DNA from: Chloroflexota bacterium
Lineage (GTDB): Bacteria; Chloroflexota; UBA11872
Reading direction: 5' to 3'
DNA length: 64,000 bases
Assembly (NCBI GenBank): GCA_034428595.1
Contig: DAOUHO010000110.1
Span: 112-64,111 of the forward strand
Below the pieces are notes generated by a model, which saw nothing but the letters and a program-made list of their open reading frames with translations, ran no database searches and was not told the DNA's origin. This document shows positions 9,656-19,363 of the stretch, piece after piece. Numbering within the stretch: the stretch's first letter is position 1; each line of letters begins with the position of its first letter. The position numbers were made by a program, and so were the translations under genes.

Positions 9656-10957
9656 ATGCCTGAACCGCCGCCGCTGACGCACTCGCGCCTGTGGCGACCT
9701 GGCCAGCCCATCAACCGCCGCGCGCTTCTCGGGGCATCGCTCCTTGGCGCGGCGGCGGCGGCAACGACCCCGCTGCTCGCGCAATCGGTAACCGAGGATG
9801 AGATCTCGGAAACCGAGGAGGAAGTGGAGCGCGTCGATAGTGAGCGGCGCGCGGCCGAGGCGCTCGTGGAGGCGTCGATCGCGCGCGAGAGCACGTTGCA
9901 GCAGCAACTGGCCGTCATCGACCGCGACCGCTATCTGGCCGCCGAGCGGCTGCTTGCGGTCAAGCGAGAGCTCGAGACCGTGGAGCTCGAGGTCTTCGAT
10001 ATCAACCAGTCCATCGGCCAGCTCAACGTCGCGCTAGCCAGCGAGACTTCGGTGCTCGAACGGAAGGCGCGATCGCTGTATAAGGCAGGCCGCACGACGT
10101 TGCTGGAAACGGTCCTCGCGGCCGACTCATTCGCCGGCGCGCTTGACCGCGCGGCCTCGCTCGAGCGGTTGCTGGCGCGCGGCGTCGCCGACATCGGCCA
10201 GCTCCGGTTGCGGCGCAGCGAGATTCAGCTGCGCACGGCCGACCTGACGGCGCGCTTGGACCGGCAACAGGAACTGCAAGCCGAGGCCCAGTCGATCGAG
10301 GCTGAGCTGGCGCGCCGGGCCGAGGAACAGCGCGACCTCATCTTCAGCGTGCAGCAGGAGCAGGCGGAGCGCGTGGAGGACGTAAAGGTCTATGAGCGTG
10401 AGGCGGAAGCCATCGCCTACCGCGTCCGGCTCCTGCGAGACATTCGCGAGCGAGAGCTCATTGAGTTGGAGCGACGACGCCGGGCCGCCGAGGCGCTGGA
10501 GCAGGCGCAGCGGTTGGCCCGAGAGGTCATTAGCCAGCAGGGTCCAGGCGCCGCCGGCCCCTATATCTGGCCGCTGCTGGGTCTCATCACCACCGAGTAC
10601 GGCGGGTGCACCTTTGGGCAGTGTCCCCACCTGGGTATGGACATCGCCGCTTCGTCGGGCACGCCCATCGTGGCGGCCAACGACGGCGTGGTGCTGGCCG
10701 CGGGGTTGGTCGTGCCCGGCGACCGGCGCGCCTCATACGGGATGATCGTGGTCATCGCGCACAGTGAGACCGAAGAAACCCTCTACGCGCACCTCGACGA
10801 CCTCACGTGGCCGCCGCCGGTCGCGCCGGGACAGTTCGTGAGCCGCGGCCAGACCATCGGCTTCGTCGGCCTCACCGGGTGGACCACCGGCCCCCACCTG
10901 CACCTTGAGTATCGCGTCGGCGGCGCCGCTAGTGACCCGCGGCGGGTGCTCGTCTAG
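9656..10957 (+). CDS. M23 family peptidoglycan metalloendopeptidase with coiled-coil N-terminal domain (EnvC-like)
   Basis: 433 aa; twin-arginine-like signal (NRRALLGASLLGAAAAA); long heptad-rich region; C-terminal LytM motifs HLGMDIAA ... GPHLHLE. Confidence 0.85.
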   Translation: MPEPPPLTHSRLWRPGQPINRRALLGASLLGAAAAATTPLLAQSVTEDEISETEEEVERVDSERRAAEALVEASIARESTLQQQLAVIDRDRYLAAERLLAVKRELETVELEVFDINQSIGQLNVALASETSVLERKARSLYKAGRTTLLETVLAADSFAGALDRAASLERLLARGVADIGQLRLRRSEIQLRTADLTARLDRQQELQAEAQSIEAELARRAEEQRDLIFSVQQEQAERVEDVKVYEREAEAIAYRVRLLRDIRERELIELERRRRAAEALEQAQRLAREVISQQGPGAAGPYIWPLLGLITTEYGGCTFGQCPHLGMDIAASSGTPIVAANDGVVLAAGLVVPGDRRASYGMIVVIAHSETEETLYAHLDDLTWPPPVAPGQFVSRGQTIGFVGLTGWTTGPHLHLEYRVGGAASDPRRVLV

Positions 10958-10976
10958 CGCCCGCCCGCAGGCCCGC

Positions 10977-11318
10977 TCAGTCCAAGCGCCGGAAGAAGCA
11001 CGTGCGCTCGCCGGTGTGGCAGGCGGGCCCCGCCGGTTGCACCTTCACGACCAGGGCGTCGGCGTCGCAGTCGATGAGGATCGACTCCACCGTCAGCACG
11101 TTGCCCGACGTGGCGCCCTTGTGCCAGAGCTCCTGCCGACTGCGGCTCCAGAACCACGCCTCGCCCGACTCTTGCGTGAGTGCCAGCGATTCGCGATTCA
11201 TGTAGGCCAGCATCAAGACCTCGCCCGTCGTGGCGTCCTGGCAAATGGCGGGCACGAGCCCGCGATCGTCAAATGCGGGCTGGACGGCCTCGGCTGGCGC
11301 GGACGCGGACATTGACAT
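10977..11318 (-). CDS. hisI: phosphoribosyl-AMP cyclohydrolase
   Basis: 113 aa; HisI signature region [27 protein letters not shown]. Confidence 0.85.
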   Translation of the reverse strand: MSMSASAPAEAVQPAFDDRGLVPAICQDATTGEVLMLAYMNRESLALTQESGEAWFWSRSRQELWHKGATSGNVLTVESILIDCDADALVVKVQPAGPACHTGERTCFFRRLD

Positions 11319-11357
11319 CAGGTTGGTCCTCTCGGGCGTGCACGGCCCACCGCTGGG

Positions 11358-12167
11358 CTATACCGCCGCCTTCATCTCCCTGTACTGGCCTTCCATCGTC
11401 CCGTTGACCGCCAGCGTCGCGTCGAGGCCATCCGCCAGCGTCGCCAGCGCGCTGCCGGGTATGGCAGCCAGCACGTAGGAGTCGGGGATTTCGGTAAAGG
11501 TGCGCATGCCGATGCAGCCGAGCGAAATCGACGCCGCGTCGCGCGCCGCCGCCGTCGGCAGCACGCCGCAGGCGGGCCGACCGAACACGCCGTCTTGCGG
11601 ACCGGTCCACAGCGTGCCGCCCAGGCTCTCCTCGAGAAACATCGTCTGCTTGGGCGTCAGCCACAGGATCACGTTGTCGGGTTCGAGCGGAAACGTCGCC
11701 AGGGGGCCGTAGACGGCGCCTTTCGGGCCGGGATCGAAGTGGGGGATGTGCGGGATTTCCTCTTCGCGGATGTAGGCCAGCGAGCACATGTCGCCGACCA
11801 GACCCATCAGCTCTTCCTGCTTGGGCGCCGGCAGCTCGAACCCCATCACCATCGCGCCGATGGGACAGCCCATGTGCGCCGCCTCGTCGGCGAAGAACAC
11901 CTGCTCCTCGGCGCGGCGCCAAAACGTGCAAGCCGATGGCACGGCGTCGGTCCACGCCGCGATCCCTGACGGGGGCGCGTCCACCCGCGCGACCGCCACC
12001 GGCGGATACTCGAGGTCAAGGGCGGACTGAAGTCGGGCGGCCAGATCGGCGTGGGGCGTGGTCGTCATGCTTGCTCCAATGGGGGCGTCAGGCCCGCCGG
12101 CATCAGCAGGTAGGCGCTGCCAGGTTCTTAAGCGGTTCTCATGATGGTGACACAACGTGTTGAACAT
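11358..12167 (-). CDS. DUF169 family protein
   Basis: 269-aa ORF; family-like architecture; an internal Met (MTTTPHADL) about 33 codons in is an alternative start. Confidence 0.55.
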   Translation of the reverse strand: MFNTLCHHHENRLRTWQRLPADAGGPDAPIGASMTTTPHADLAARLQSALDLEYPPVAVARVDAPPSGIAAWTDAVPSACTFWRRAEEQVFFADEAAHMGCPIGAMVMGFELPAPKQEELMGLVGDMCSLAYIREEEIPHIPHFDPGPKGAVYGPLATFPLEPDNVILWLTPKQTMFLEESLGGTLWTGPQDGVFGRPACGVLPTAAARDAASISLGCIGMRTFTEIPDSYVLAAIPGSALATLADGLDATLAVNGTMEGQYREMKAAV

Positions 12168-12218
12168 ATCCCAGACGTGTCGAACAGGGCGTTGATCGCT
12201 GGCGATTGACGCCGTTCG

Positions 12219-12656
12219 CTAGGATGCCGTGGTATGGCATGGACCGCACAGCCCAAACACTTCCAGGCTGTGGCCGGTCACGGCGAATCCAGTCTTGAGC
12301 TCAACCTCGGTGGTGATTGCGTCGAAGCTGCACCGTTCGATGATGTCGACCGTGCCGCATGTTTGGCACACGACGTGGTGCTGATCGGGAGACCGGCGCG
12401 CCAAATAGCGGTGCTGCTCTGGGGAGGGGTGCACCGTTTCCACCGCATCGATGTCCCGCAGCAGGTCCAGCGTCCGGTACACGGTGCTCCGTGAGGCGTC
12501 GCCATCGGATTGCCGCACGGCCATGACCAACTCTTCGGCCGACATGCCTGCCGGCGCCGCATCGATGGCAGCCAGGATCAAACGCCGTTGGTCGGTGACG
12601 CGGCCGCCGGCGTCTCGCAGGGCGGCGAGGGTGCGAGTGATCCAGGTGGACTTCAT
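12219..12656 (-). CDS. Fur family transcriptional regulator (Fur/Zur/PerR-type)
   Basis: 145 aa; winged-helix N-terminus; Zn-site cysteines (VVCQTCG ... LCGPC). Confidence 0.85.
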   Translation of the reverse strand: MKSTWITRTLAALRDAGGRVTDQRRLILAAIDAAPAGMSAEELVMAVRQSDGDASRSTVYRTLDLLRDIDAVETVHPSPEQHRYLARRSPDQHHVVCQTCGTVDIIERCSFDAITTEVELKTGFAVTGHSLEVFGLCGPCHTTAS

Positions 12657-12890
12657 GGCGGAGCGTGCTGGCAGAGGCGCGTAACGCGGAGCGGCGCAGC
12701 CCGATTGTACGGCCTTTTACCACTTCGAGAGAGTTCCAATTCTTACTGAAGTCGCGGGGGTGGGGGCGGTCAAGGGCTTGTTGGCGCCGCGCTTGCGGTG
12801 CGCGTGTTTCCGCCCACCCATTCACGGCCCCGGCGGCTGGCGTGGCACAATTCCCACTGCGCTTCTGACGGCTGAGCCTCACCGCTCGAG

Positions 12891-14135
12891 ATGATCAATC
12901 CCATTCACGCCGCGGCGGGCGCGCTTGTCCTTGGTCGCCTCCATCGGTGGTCCGGCAGCACACTGCGGCTCAAGCTCCCCGACGGCTCGCGGCGCGTCTT
13001 CGGTCCCAGCGAAGCATCGCGCCGGGTGCATGTGGACGTCCACCACGCGCGCTTCTTCACGCGCATGCTCCTGGGCGGTACGACCGGCGCGGGCGAGTCC
13101 TACATGGCCGGCGAATGGTCCAGCGACGACCTGACCGCCCTGCTGCATGAGGCGCTGCGCAACGGTCCGCGCTTGGGGCTCGACTCGCACGCCAGCGTGC
13201 TTGCGCGCCTGCTGAACGCCTGGCGCCATCGGCGGCGGGCCAACACCAAGGCCGGCAGCGAGCGGAACATCCACGCGCACTACGACCTTGGCAACAACTT
13301 CTACCGTCTGTTCCTCGACGAATCGCTCACCTACTCCTGCGCGCGCTGGCCGGAAGGATGTGACGACCTCGCCACGGCCCAGCGAACCAAGATGCAGCAC
13401 ATCTGCGACAAGCTGGACCTGGGCCCCGACCACCACGTCCTTGAGATTGGCAGCGGATGGGGTGGCTTCGCGCTTCACGCTGCCCAAACGACCGGGTGCC
13501 GCGTGACCGGCATCACGATTTCGCGAGAGCAGCTCGAGCTTTCACGAAAGCGTGTCGCCGAAGCGGGCTTGGCCCACCGCGTGGATATCCAGTACTGCGA
13601 CTATCGCGACATCGAGGGGCAATACGACCGCGTGGTCTCCATCGAGATGTTCGAGGCCGTCGGGCGCGCCTACTGGGGTCGCTTCTTCGAGGTCTGCGAG
13701 CGCGTCTTGCGGCCCGGCGGCCGCATGCTCCTGCAGACCATCGCCATACCCGACGCCGACGTCGACCTGCCCTATCGTGGAGCCGGATGGATCAGCCGCT
13801 ACATCTTCCCTGGCGGGCTGTTGCCGGCCATGTGCGAGATCGCCGAGGCTGCGGCGACGCCGCGCGGCGATCTCGCCGTTCGGAAGGTGGATGAGATCGG
13901 TCCGCACTATGTCCGGACCCTGGATACCTGGCGTTCACGCTTTTGGAGCCGCATCGACGACGTGCGGCGGCTGGGATTCGACGAGACCTTCGTGCGGATG
14001 TGGGACTTCTATCTGGCCACGTGCTCGGCGGCGTTTGCCGCCGGGCATACGCGCGATGTCCAGGTGATGCTCGAGCACGTGGGGGAAAGCACAGCGCCCT
14101 CCAGCCAGATCATCGCCTCCCGCGCGGCCTCCTAG
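12891..14135 (+). CDS. cfa: cyclopropane-fatty-acyl-phospholipid synthase family SAM-dependent methyltransferase
   Basis: 414 aa; SAM motif LEIGSGWGGFALHAA; CFA-synthase-like C-terminal region. Confidence 0.8.
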   Translation: MINPIHAAAGALVLGRLHRWSGSTLRLKLPDGSRRVFGPSEASRRVHVDVHHARFFTRMLLGGTTGAGESYMAGEWSSDDLTALLHEALRNGPRLGLDSHASVLARLLNAWRHRRRANTKAGSERNIHAHYDLGNNFYRLFLDESLTYSCARWPEGCDDLATAQRTKMQHICDKLDLGPDHHVLEIGSGWGGFALHAAQTTGCRVTGITISREQLELSRKRVAEAGLAHRVDIQYCDYRDIEGQYDRVVSIEMFEAVGRAYWGRFFEVCERVLRPGGRMLLQTIAIPDADVDLPYRGAGWISRYIFPGGLLPAMCEIAEAAATPRGDLAVRKVDEIGPHYVRTLDTWRSRFWSRIDDVRRLGFDETFVRMWDFYLATCSAAFAAGHTRDVQVMLEHVGESTAPSSQIIASRAAS

Positions 14136-14256
14136 CGGCCCCGGCCAGACATTCATTTGAACGCGGCGCGGAAATCTCTCACCCTTTCTAACGAAGGGCG
14201 CGTCCTGACGCCTGGATCCCGAAAGCAGTCGTGGGTGGAGAAGCCCGAGACCCGTC

Positions 14257-15162
14257 GTGACCTCTGAGGCCGTACCCGCCGTCCGGCGGGACGCTCCCGA
14301 GACGGCATCCTCTTCGCGCAAGTCTGTCGTCGTTCGCAACCTTCCCTTCACGCTTGTGCACCTCTTGGCGTTTGCCGCCATTTGGACGGGCGTGAGTTGG
14401 CCGGCCGTGGTGGTGTGCCTGGGCCTCTACTGGATGCGCGTGTTCTTCATTACCGGCTTCTACCACCGCTATTTCTCCCATCGGAGCTATCGCACCTCGC
14501 GCGTGTTTCAGGCGGTGATCGCGTTTCTCGGCACCACCGCCATGCAGAAGGGGCCGCTGTGGTGGGCCGGTCACCACCGATTTCACCACCGGCACTCGGA
14601 CGACGAGGAGGATGTGCACTCCCCGCTGCACGGGGGCTTCTGGTGGGCGCACATCGGCTGGCTCATCCGCGTGAGCCGCGACGACACGCGCTGGGACGAG
14701 GTCAAGGATTTGGCCCGTTTTCCCGAGTTGCGCTTCTTCGAGAGCCACTACCGGCTCGGCATGGCTGCCTACGCGGGCGGGGTGATTGGCCTTGGATTCT
14801 GGCTGGAGCACTCGTTCCCGCAGACGGGCGTCACCTGGGGGCAGGTGCTCGTGTGGGGCTTCGTCATCAGCACGGTGATGCTGTGGCACACCACCTACCT
14901 CATCAATTCCGGCGCCCACATGTGGGGCGGCCGCCGATTCGATACCAAGGACACCAGTCGCAACAACTTTTGGCTGGCGCTAGTCACCATGGGAGAGGGC
15001 TGGCACAACAACCACCACCGCTATCCCGGGTCCGAGCGCAACGGGTTCTATTGGTACGAAGTCGACGTGACCCATTGGGGACTCACCGTGCTGAGCTGGC
15101 TCGGTTTGGTGTGGGACCTGCGCCGCCCGCCGCGCCACGTCTACGAGAGCGCCTCGCGCTAG
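14257..15162 (+). CDS. acyl-CoA (stearoyl-CoA Delta9-like) fatty acid desaturase
   Basis: 301 aa membrane protein with the three His boxes (HRYFSH, HHRFHHRHSD, HNNHHRYP). Confidence 0.85.
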   Translation: MTSEAVPAVRRDAPETASSSRKSVVVRNLPFTLVHLLAFAAIWTGVSWPAVVVCLGLYWMRVFFITGFYHRYFSHRSYRTSRVFQAVIAFLGTTAMQKGPLWWAGHHRFHHRHSDDEEDVHSPLHGGFWWAHIGWLIRVSRDDTRWDEVKDLARFPELRFFESHYRLGMAAYAGGVIGLGFWLEHSFPQTGVTWGQVLVWGFVISTVMLWHTTYLINSGAHMWGGRRFDTKDTSRNNFWLALVTMGEGWHNNHHRYPGSERNGFYWYEVDVTHWGLTVLSWLGLVWDLRRPPRHVYESASR

Positions 15163-15188
15163 CCGGAAACCCTTGCGCCACCCCGTCC

Positions 15189-15215
15189 GTCATTCCGGCG
15201 GAGGCCGGAATCCAG
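15189..15215. repeat. REP-like hairpin repeat copy (gtcattccggcggaggccggaatccag)
   Basis: 27 nt after desaturase stop; stem TCCGGCG/CGCCGGA. Confidence 0.7.
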
Positions 15216-15386
15216 ACCAGCCCAACCTGGAGCGCGCGAGGTTTCCCCTGGACATCCTTCGCTCGACCGGGGTGTACCAGGGGCGCCATTCGTGGGAATG
15301 CCGGATTCACAAATGGCCGCTTCGGCGCCTCTTGCCCGTTGGCTGGCTTCAGCTAACACTATGAGAACGGCGATCGGAGGGGCATC

Positions 15387-16295
15387 GTGCGCGTAGCGCT
15401 CACCGGCGGCAGCGGCCTCATCGGCGGCGCGGTCACCGCCGCGCTCGAAGCCGAGGGGCATGACGTCATCCATCTCGTCCGTCCGCCCCGTCGTGCCGCC
15501 GAGGGCCAGGTTGCCTGGGACCCGATCGCCGGCACCATCGACGCGGGGGGTCTCGAAGGCCTCGACGCCGTCGTGCACCTGGCCGGTGAGCCGACCACCG
15601 CCTGGCGTTGGACGGCTGCCAAGAAGCGCCGCATTTACGCCAGCCGGGTGGACGGAACGCGGCTGCTGGCGGAAACGCTGGCCGTGCTGCAGTTTCGCCC
15701 CCGCGTCTTCGTGTCCTATTCCGCGGTGGGGTACTACGGTGACCGTGGCGACGAAGTCCTGCGCGAGGACAGCTCGCCTGGGTCGAGTTTCCTGGCGAAA
15801 GTCGCGACCGATTGGGAGGCCGCCGCTCATCCCGCCGCCGGCCGCGAAATCCGGGTGGTGCATCTGCGCGGCGCGCCCGTGGTGGCGGGCCACTCCGCGT
15901 TTCTGACGCGCCAGGCGCCTGCCTTCAAGCTCGGGCTGGGCGGCCCATTGGGCAGCGGCCGCCAATGGTGGCCCTGGGTGGCGCTGGAGGACGTGGTGGG
16001 CGTCGTGCGGCACGTGCTGGCGCGCGACGACCTGCGGGGCCCCATAAACGTCGTGGCCCCGGAGCAGTGCACCAATCTCAAGTTCGCGCGCACCCTGGGT
16101 CGTGTGCTTGGCCGACCGGCCCTGCTGCCGATGCCGTCGCCGGTCCTGCGCGCAATGATGGGTGAGATCGCCGACGAGATGCTGCTGGCCAGCCAACGAG
16201 TCGAGCCCGCTCGACTCATCGCCTCCGGCTACCACTTCCACTTCCCGATGTTGGAGCACGCGCTGCGGCACGCGCTCGGCTGTCCGTCCGCCTGA
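15387..16295 (+). CDS. TIGR01777-family NAD-dependent epimerase/dehydratase (YfcH-like, DUF1731 C-terminus)
   Basis: 302 aa; GTG start 6 nt after GGAGG; N-terminal TGGSGLIGG Rossmann motif. Confidence 0.8.
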   Translation: MRVALTGGSGLIGGAVTAALEAEGHDVIHLVRPPRRAAEGQVAWDPIAGTIDAGGLEGLDAVVHLAGEPTTAWRWTAAKKRRIYASRVDGTRLLAETLAVLQFRPRVFVSYSAVGYYGDRGDEVLREDSSPGSSFLAKVATDWEAAAHPAAGREIRVVHLRGAPVVAGHSAFLTRQAPAFKLGLGGPLGSGRQWWPWVALEDVVGVVRHVLARDDLRGPINVVAPEQCTNLKFARTLGRVLGRPALLPMPSPVLRAMMGEIADEMLLASQRVEPARLIASGYHFHFPMLEHALRHALGCPSA

Positions 16296-16352
16296 GGCTC
16301 GACCGTCGCGCGACGGTGCGCGAGACTGCCCGCGTCCAGCGCTGCTCGACCG

Positions 16353-17480
16353 TTGAGGGAATCCATGCTCAGCACTGAGGGATGTCGGGCGCGCACGCGC
16401 CGCTTGCTCGAACGCGTCGACGCCGACGTGGAGACGCTGGTCGTCACGCGGCCCGAGCACGTCTTCTACCTGGCCAACTACATGCCGTCGCCCAGCGACA
16501 TTCACCATCGCGCGCCGCAATACCTGGTCATCCAACGCGGCGGACCCACGACGCTCATTCTCGATGGGTTCGCCAAGCTCGACGGCGAGCCGGCCGTTGA
16601 TGAGGTCGTCCATGGTCCCTGGCGCGTGGCGGAGCCCGACGAGACCCGCGCCCACTGCACGGCCAGCGCCGCCATCGACCTGATTGGAAAGCTCGGGAGC
16701 CAGATCATCGGCGTCGAGCGTGCCGCGGTGCCCGCCGCCGTCGCCGCCGCGGCGCCCGAGGTTCGAGACATCGAGCCTCACCTCGGCCGCATGCGCCAGG
16801 TCAAGGACCCGGACGAGCTGGAGCTGATCCGCGCCGCCGTGCGGGTCGGCGAGGCCATGCACGCGGCTTCGTGGGAATGTCTGGCGCCCGGCATGCGCGA
16901 GATTGATGCCTACGCCGCCATCGTGACCGCCGGCCTGGAAGTGGCGGAAGGGCCGTTCGTGATGATGTGCGAGTTCATCTCCGGCCCCCGGGTTGTGCCG
17001 CGCCGCGGTGACCCCGGCCCGCGTGTCATGGAGGCCGGTGACAACGTCGTCATGGACCTGTTCCCCTACGTCAACGGCTACCGCTGCGACCTCACCAACA
17101 CCATCACCCTCGGCGGGCGGCCCACGCCGGAGCAGCAGCACGCCTTCGACGCGGTGCACGAGGCGTTGACGGCCTCCGAGGCCATGATTCGGCCCGGCGT
17201 TCGCGCACAGGACATCTACGCCGTGCAGGACGCCGTGCTGCGGCGCGCCAACTCGGACTGGGGACTTCCGGGCCACGCCGGACACTCGCTCGGACTGGAG
17301 CATCCCGAGGCGCCCGATTTCGTGCCCGGCGTCGAAGGCGAGGTGCTGCAGGGCATGGTCATCGCCCTAGAGCCCGGCGCCTACGGCATGCCCTTCCACG
17401 GCGTGCGCCTGGAGCACAACTACCTCGTCACCGCCGACGGTTTGGAGCGGCTCTCCAACCACCGCCTGGGGCTGGTGTAG
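16353..17480 (+). CDS. M24 family metallopeptidase (Xaa-Pro aminopeptidase/creatinase-like)
   Basis: 375 aa; pita-bread fold metal ligands incl. HAGHSLGLEHPE. Confidence 0.85.
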   Translation: MRESMLSTEGCRARTRRLLERVDADVETLVVTRPEHVFYLANYMPSPSDIHHRAPQYLVIQRGGPTTLILDGFAKLDGEPAVDEVVHGPWRVAEPDETRAHCTASAAIDLIGKLGSQIIGVERAAVPAAVAAAAPEVRDIEPHLGRMRQVKDPDELELIRAAVRVGEAMHAASWECLAPGMREIDAYAAIVTAGLEVAEGPFVMMCEFISGPRVVPRRGDPGPRVMEAGDNVVMDLFPYVNGYRCDLTNTITLGGRPTPEQQHAFDAVHEALTASEAMIRPGVRAQDIYAVQDAVLRRANSDWGLPGHAGHSLGLEHPEAPDFVPGVEGEVLQGMVIALEPGAYGMPFHGVRLEHNYLVTADGLERLSNHRLGLV

Positions 17481-17519
17481 CAGAGTCCGAGTAGAGCAGA
17501 GTCTGCGCCTCGTACGAGC

Positions 17520-17957
17520 CTAGAGGTGGACGATTTCGAGGTCGCCCCAATGCTGCTGGAGATACTCCGCCACCAGGCGGCGGTGGCAGTGATCCGGCGT
17601 GTCCTCGCTGCATAGCAAGCATCCGTCAGCGAGTGCCTGTTTCACGGTCGACATTTCCTCTATGCGCCGATCGCCCATCAGCGCAAGGAATTCGCCCTCA
17701 TAGGTTGCCCAATCGCGATGCTCCTTGCGGTACGCGTTGAGCATCTCCTTCGTAGGCGCCAGATCGGGCACGTGGACATAATCCATCCGACAGATCTTGT
17801 CGAGAAAGTACATAAGGTCATCTCGCTTGGCGAAGCCCGCCAGCTGCGAGACGTTGTTCAGCCGCACGTCCACGACTCGCTTCGCGCCCGAATCGAGCAA
17901 GCGCCCAAAGAAATCGGCAGCGGAGGTCTTTGTGAAGCCGATGGTGTAGAGCCTCAA
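17520..17957 (-). CDS. DUF488 family protein (short paralog)
   Basis: 145 aa; MRLYTIGFTK...VVDVR core matches DUF488 (YeaO-like); 4-nt overlap with upstream DUF488 gene. Confidence 0.75.
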   Translation of the reverse strand: MRLYTIGFTKTSAADFFGRLLDSGAKRVVDVRLNNVSQLAGFAKRDDLMYFLDKICRMDYVHVPDLAPTKEMLNAYRKEHRDWATYEGEFLALMGDRRIEEMSTVKQALADGCLLCSEDTPDHCHRRLVAEYLQQHWGDLEIVHL

Positions 17958-18628
17958 AAGTCATTCTCCCAATCGTCGCCACTTGCGATCGGTACCGCGC
18001 CGACATGCGCCACCTTCGCCGCCTGACGGGACAGCGCATCGGCGACCAGATCATCGCGGGAGCGTGGCAGACCACCGTTGCCGCGATCCGCCGTCGCGAA
18101 CATGTCCATCTGCTCGACAGGGGAGAGCTTGTGCAGGCGCAGCAGCCGGTCCATGGCGGCGGCGTGCTCTTCGAGGCTGCCGTCAGCGTGAATGTGCGCC
18201 ACGGCAACACCTCGGTCCACGAGAGCCCTGGCGACCAGCAGGGTGCGGTGACAGTCAAGCGGTTCCTTTTCGGCGCACATCAATGCGATGCGACGCTCAT
18301 CGGCCCCGTGAATGACCTGCCGGATTCCGTCATCGAATGTGTCGCTCTGCGCCAGCCGGTCGTATAGAACGCGTCCGTCGGCGTCATAGCACGACCGGTC
18401 GCTTGGCCGGCCGCCCAACTCTCCACCCATGAAGTCATAGCCGATTCCCACGTTTTCCAGCGCTTCGGACAAGACTCGATGGCTGAAATGGGGTGTGTAG
18501 CGACTGTACGGCGACGACCGAACGTCCGCGACCTCATCGATGCCATGAGCCCGCAGCAACTCCAGAAACGCTTCGAGCGAATGGTTGGAGTGCCCGACGG
18601 TAAACACGGGATGCTGCGTCACACTCAC
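17954..18628 (-). CDS. DUF488 family protein (long paralog)
   Basis: 224 aa; DUF488 signature FTVGHSNHSLEAFLELLRAHGIDEVADVRSSPYSR. Confidence 0.8.
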   Translation of the reverse strand: MSVTQHPVFTVGHSNHSLEAFLELLRAHGIDEVADVRSSPYSRYTPHFSHRVLSEALENVGIGYDFMGGELGGRPSDRSCYDADGRVLYDRLAQSDTFDDGIRQVIHGADERRIALMCAEKEPLDCHRTLLVARALVDRGVAVAHIHADGSLEEHAAAMDRLLRLHKLSPVEQMDMFATADRGNGGLPRSRDDLVADALSRQAAKVAHVGAVPIASGDDWENDF

Positions 18629-18640
18629 GGCACTTCCGCG

Positions 18641-19363
18641 TCAGGGTCTGATGATGGCGGCAATGAGTTTATACGCAAAGCCCTCGAACGGCTCGCCCAG
18701 GCTAATGGTCAGAAACCTATCCTCGTCTACCACGAATGAGCCAGCCCCCAACTCCGCAGCCGCCTTCTCGCTGACGGGGTCGGTTATGCGGAGAGAATAG
18801 TCGTTACCGTGATACTTGAACTTTCCGCGTAACCGATAAGTATTGCTTGCGATGTTTTGCGATATAAGTACTTCTAGTCTATCGATCTTGATAAGGCAAA
18901 GTGAGCTTCTAAGAGAAAAGGCAAGATCCTCTGGTACTCGGTCGTTGAATCCGCTACGGCTGCTATGTCCGTTGTTCCAGAGTGTCTTGGCTTGGTCGGC
19001 CCACTGCGGCAAGTCATCCCAGCGTATACGACCAACTTTGCCCCAGCGGCGTCCTGGATCGAGTAGCCAGTTTTCCTGCTGATACCCGTGAGGGTGTGCG
19101 CGAGAGACTGGCACATTGATGACATCGAGAACGCACGGCTCGCTGCCGTCCATCAGCCGTCGTTCGGCTGCCGAGACTTCCTCGTGCTCTCGATTGCTCA
19201 CTGGCCGCACCCACCCTCCCGGTTGCCTGTTGTCGAGGAGTTGCTTGCCGGCGATACAGCGTCCCCCCAGCTTACGTGAGTTTGCCAGACACACGATGCG
19301 CTTCACGGTACTGGATCGTGCAGAAAACCTGTACGCTCGAAATCGTTCGAACAAGCGCATCAC
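18641..19363 (-). CDS. hypothetical protein, unclassifiable (conserved-looking VCLANSRKLGGRCIAGK segment)
   Basis: 240-aa ORF 12 nt upstream of the DUF488 pair, same strand; markedly lower GC (~45%) and A/T-ending codons; no recognisable motif. Confidence 0.5.
   Translation of the reverse strand: MMRLFERFRAYRFSARSSTVKRIVCLANSRKLGGRCIAGKQLLDNRQPGGWVRPVSNREHEEVSAAERRLMDGSEPCVLDVINVPVSRAHPHGYQQENWLLDPGRRWGKVGRIRWDDLPQWADQAKTLWNNGHSSRSGFNDRVPEDLAFSLRSSLCLIKIDRLEVLISQNIASNTYRLRGKFKYHGNDYSLRITDPVSEKAAAELGAGSFVVDEDRFLTISLGEPFEGFAYKLIAAIIRP

Noticed and set aside
12219-12656. Assigning the Fur-family regulator as the Zur of the znu operons
   Set aside because: It is 46 kb away and Fur-family subfamily cannot be told from sequence by eye; kept as a generic Fur-family regulator.
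15159-17303. 714-aa ORF on the minus strand
   Set aside because: Antisense to two well-supported plus-strand genes (epimerase, M24 peptidase); its translation is Arg/Gly/Ala-rich low-complexity typical of a GC-rich shadow frame.
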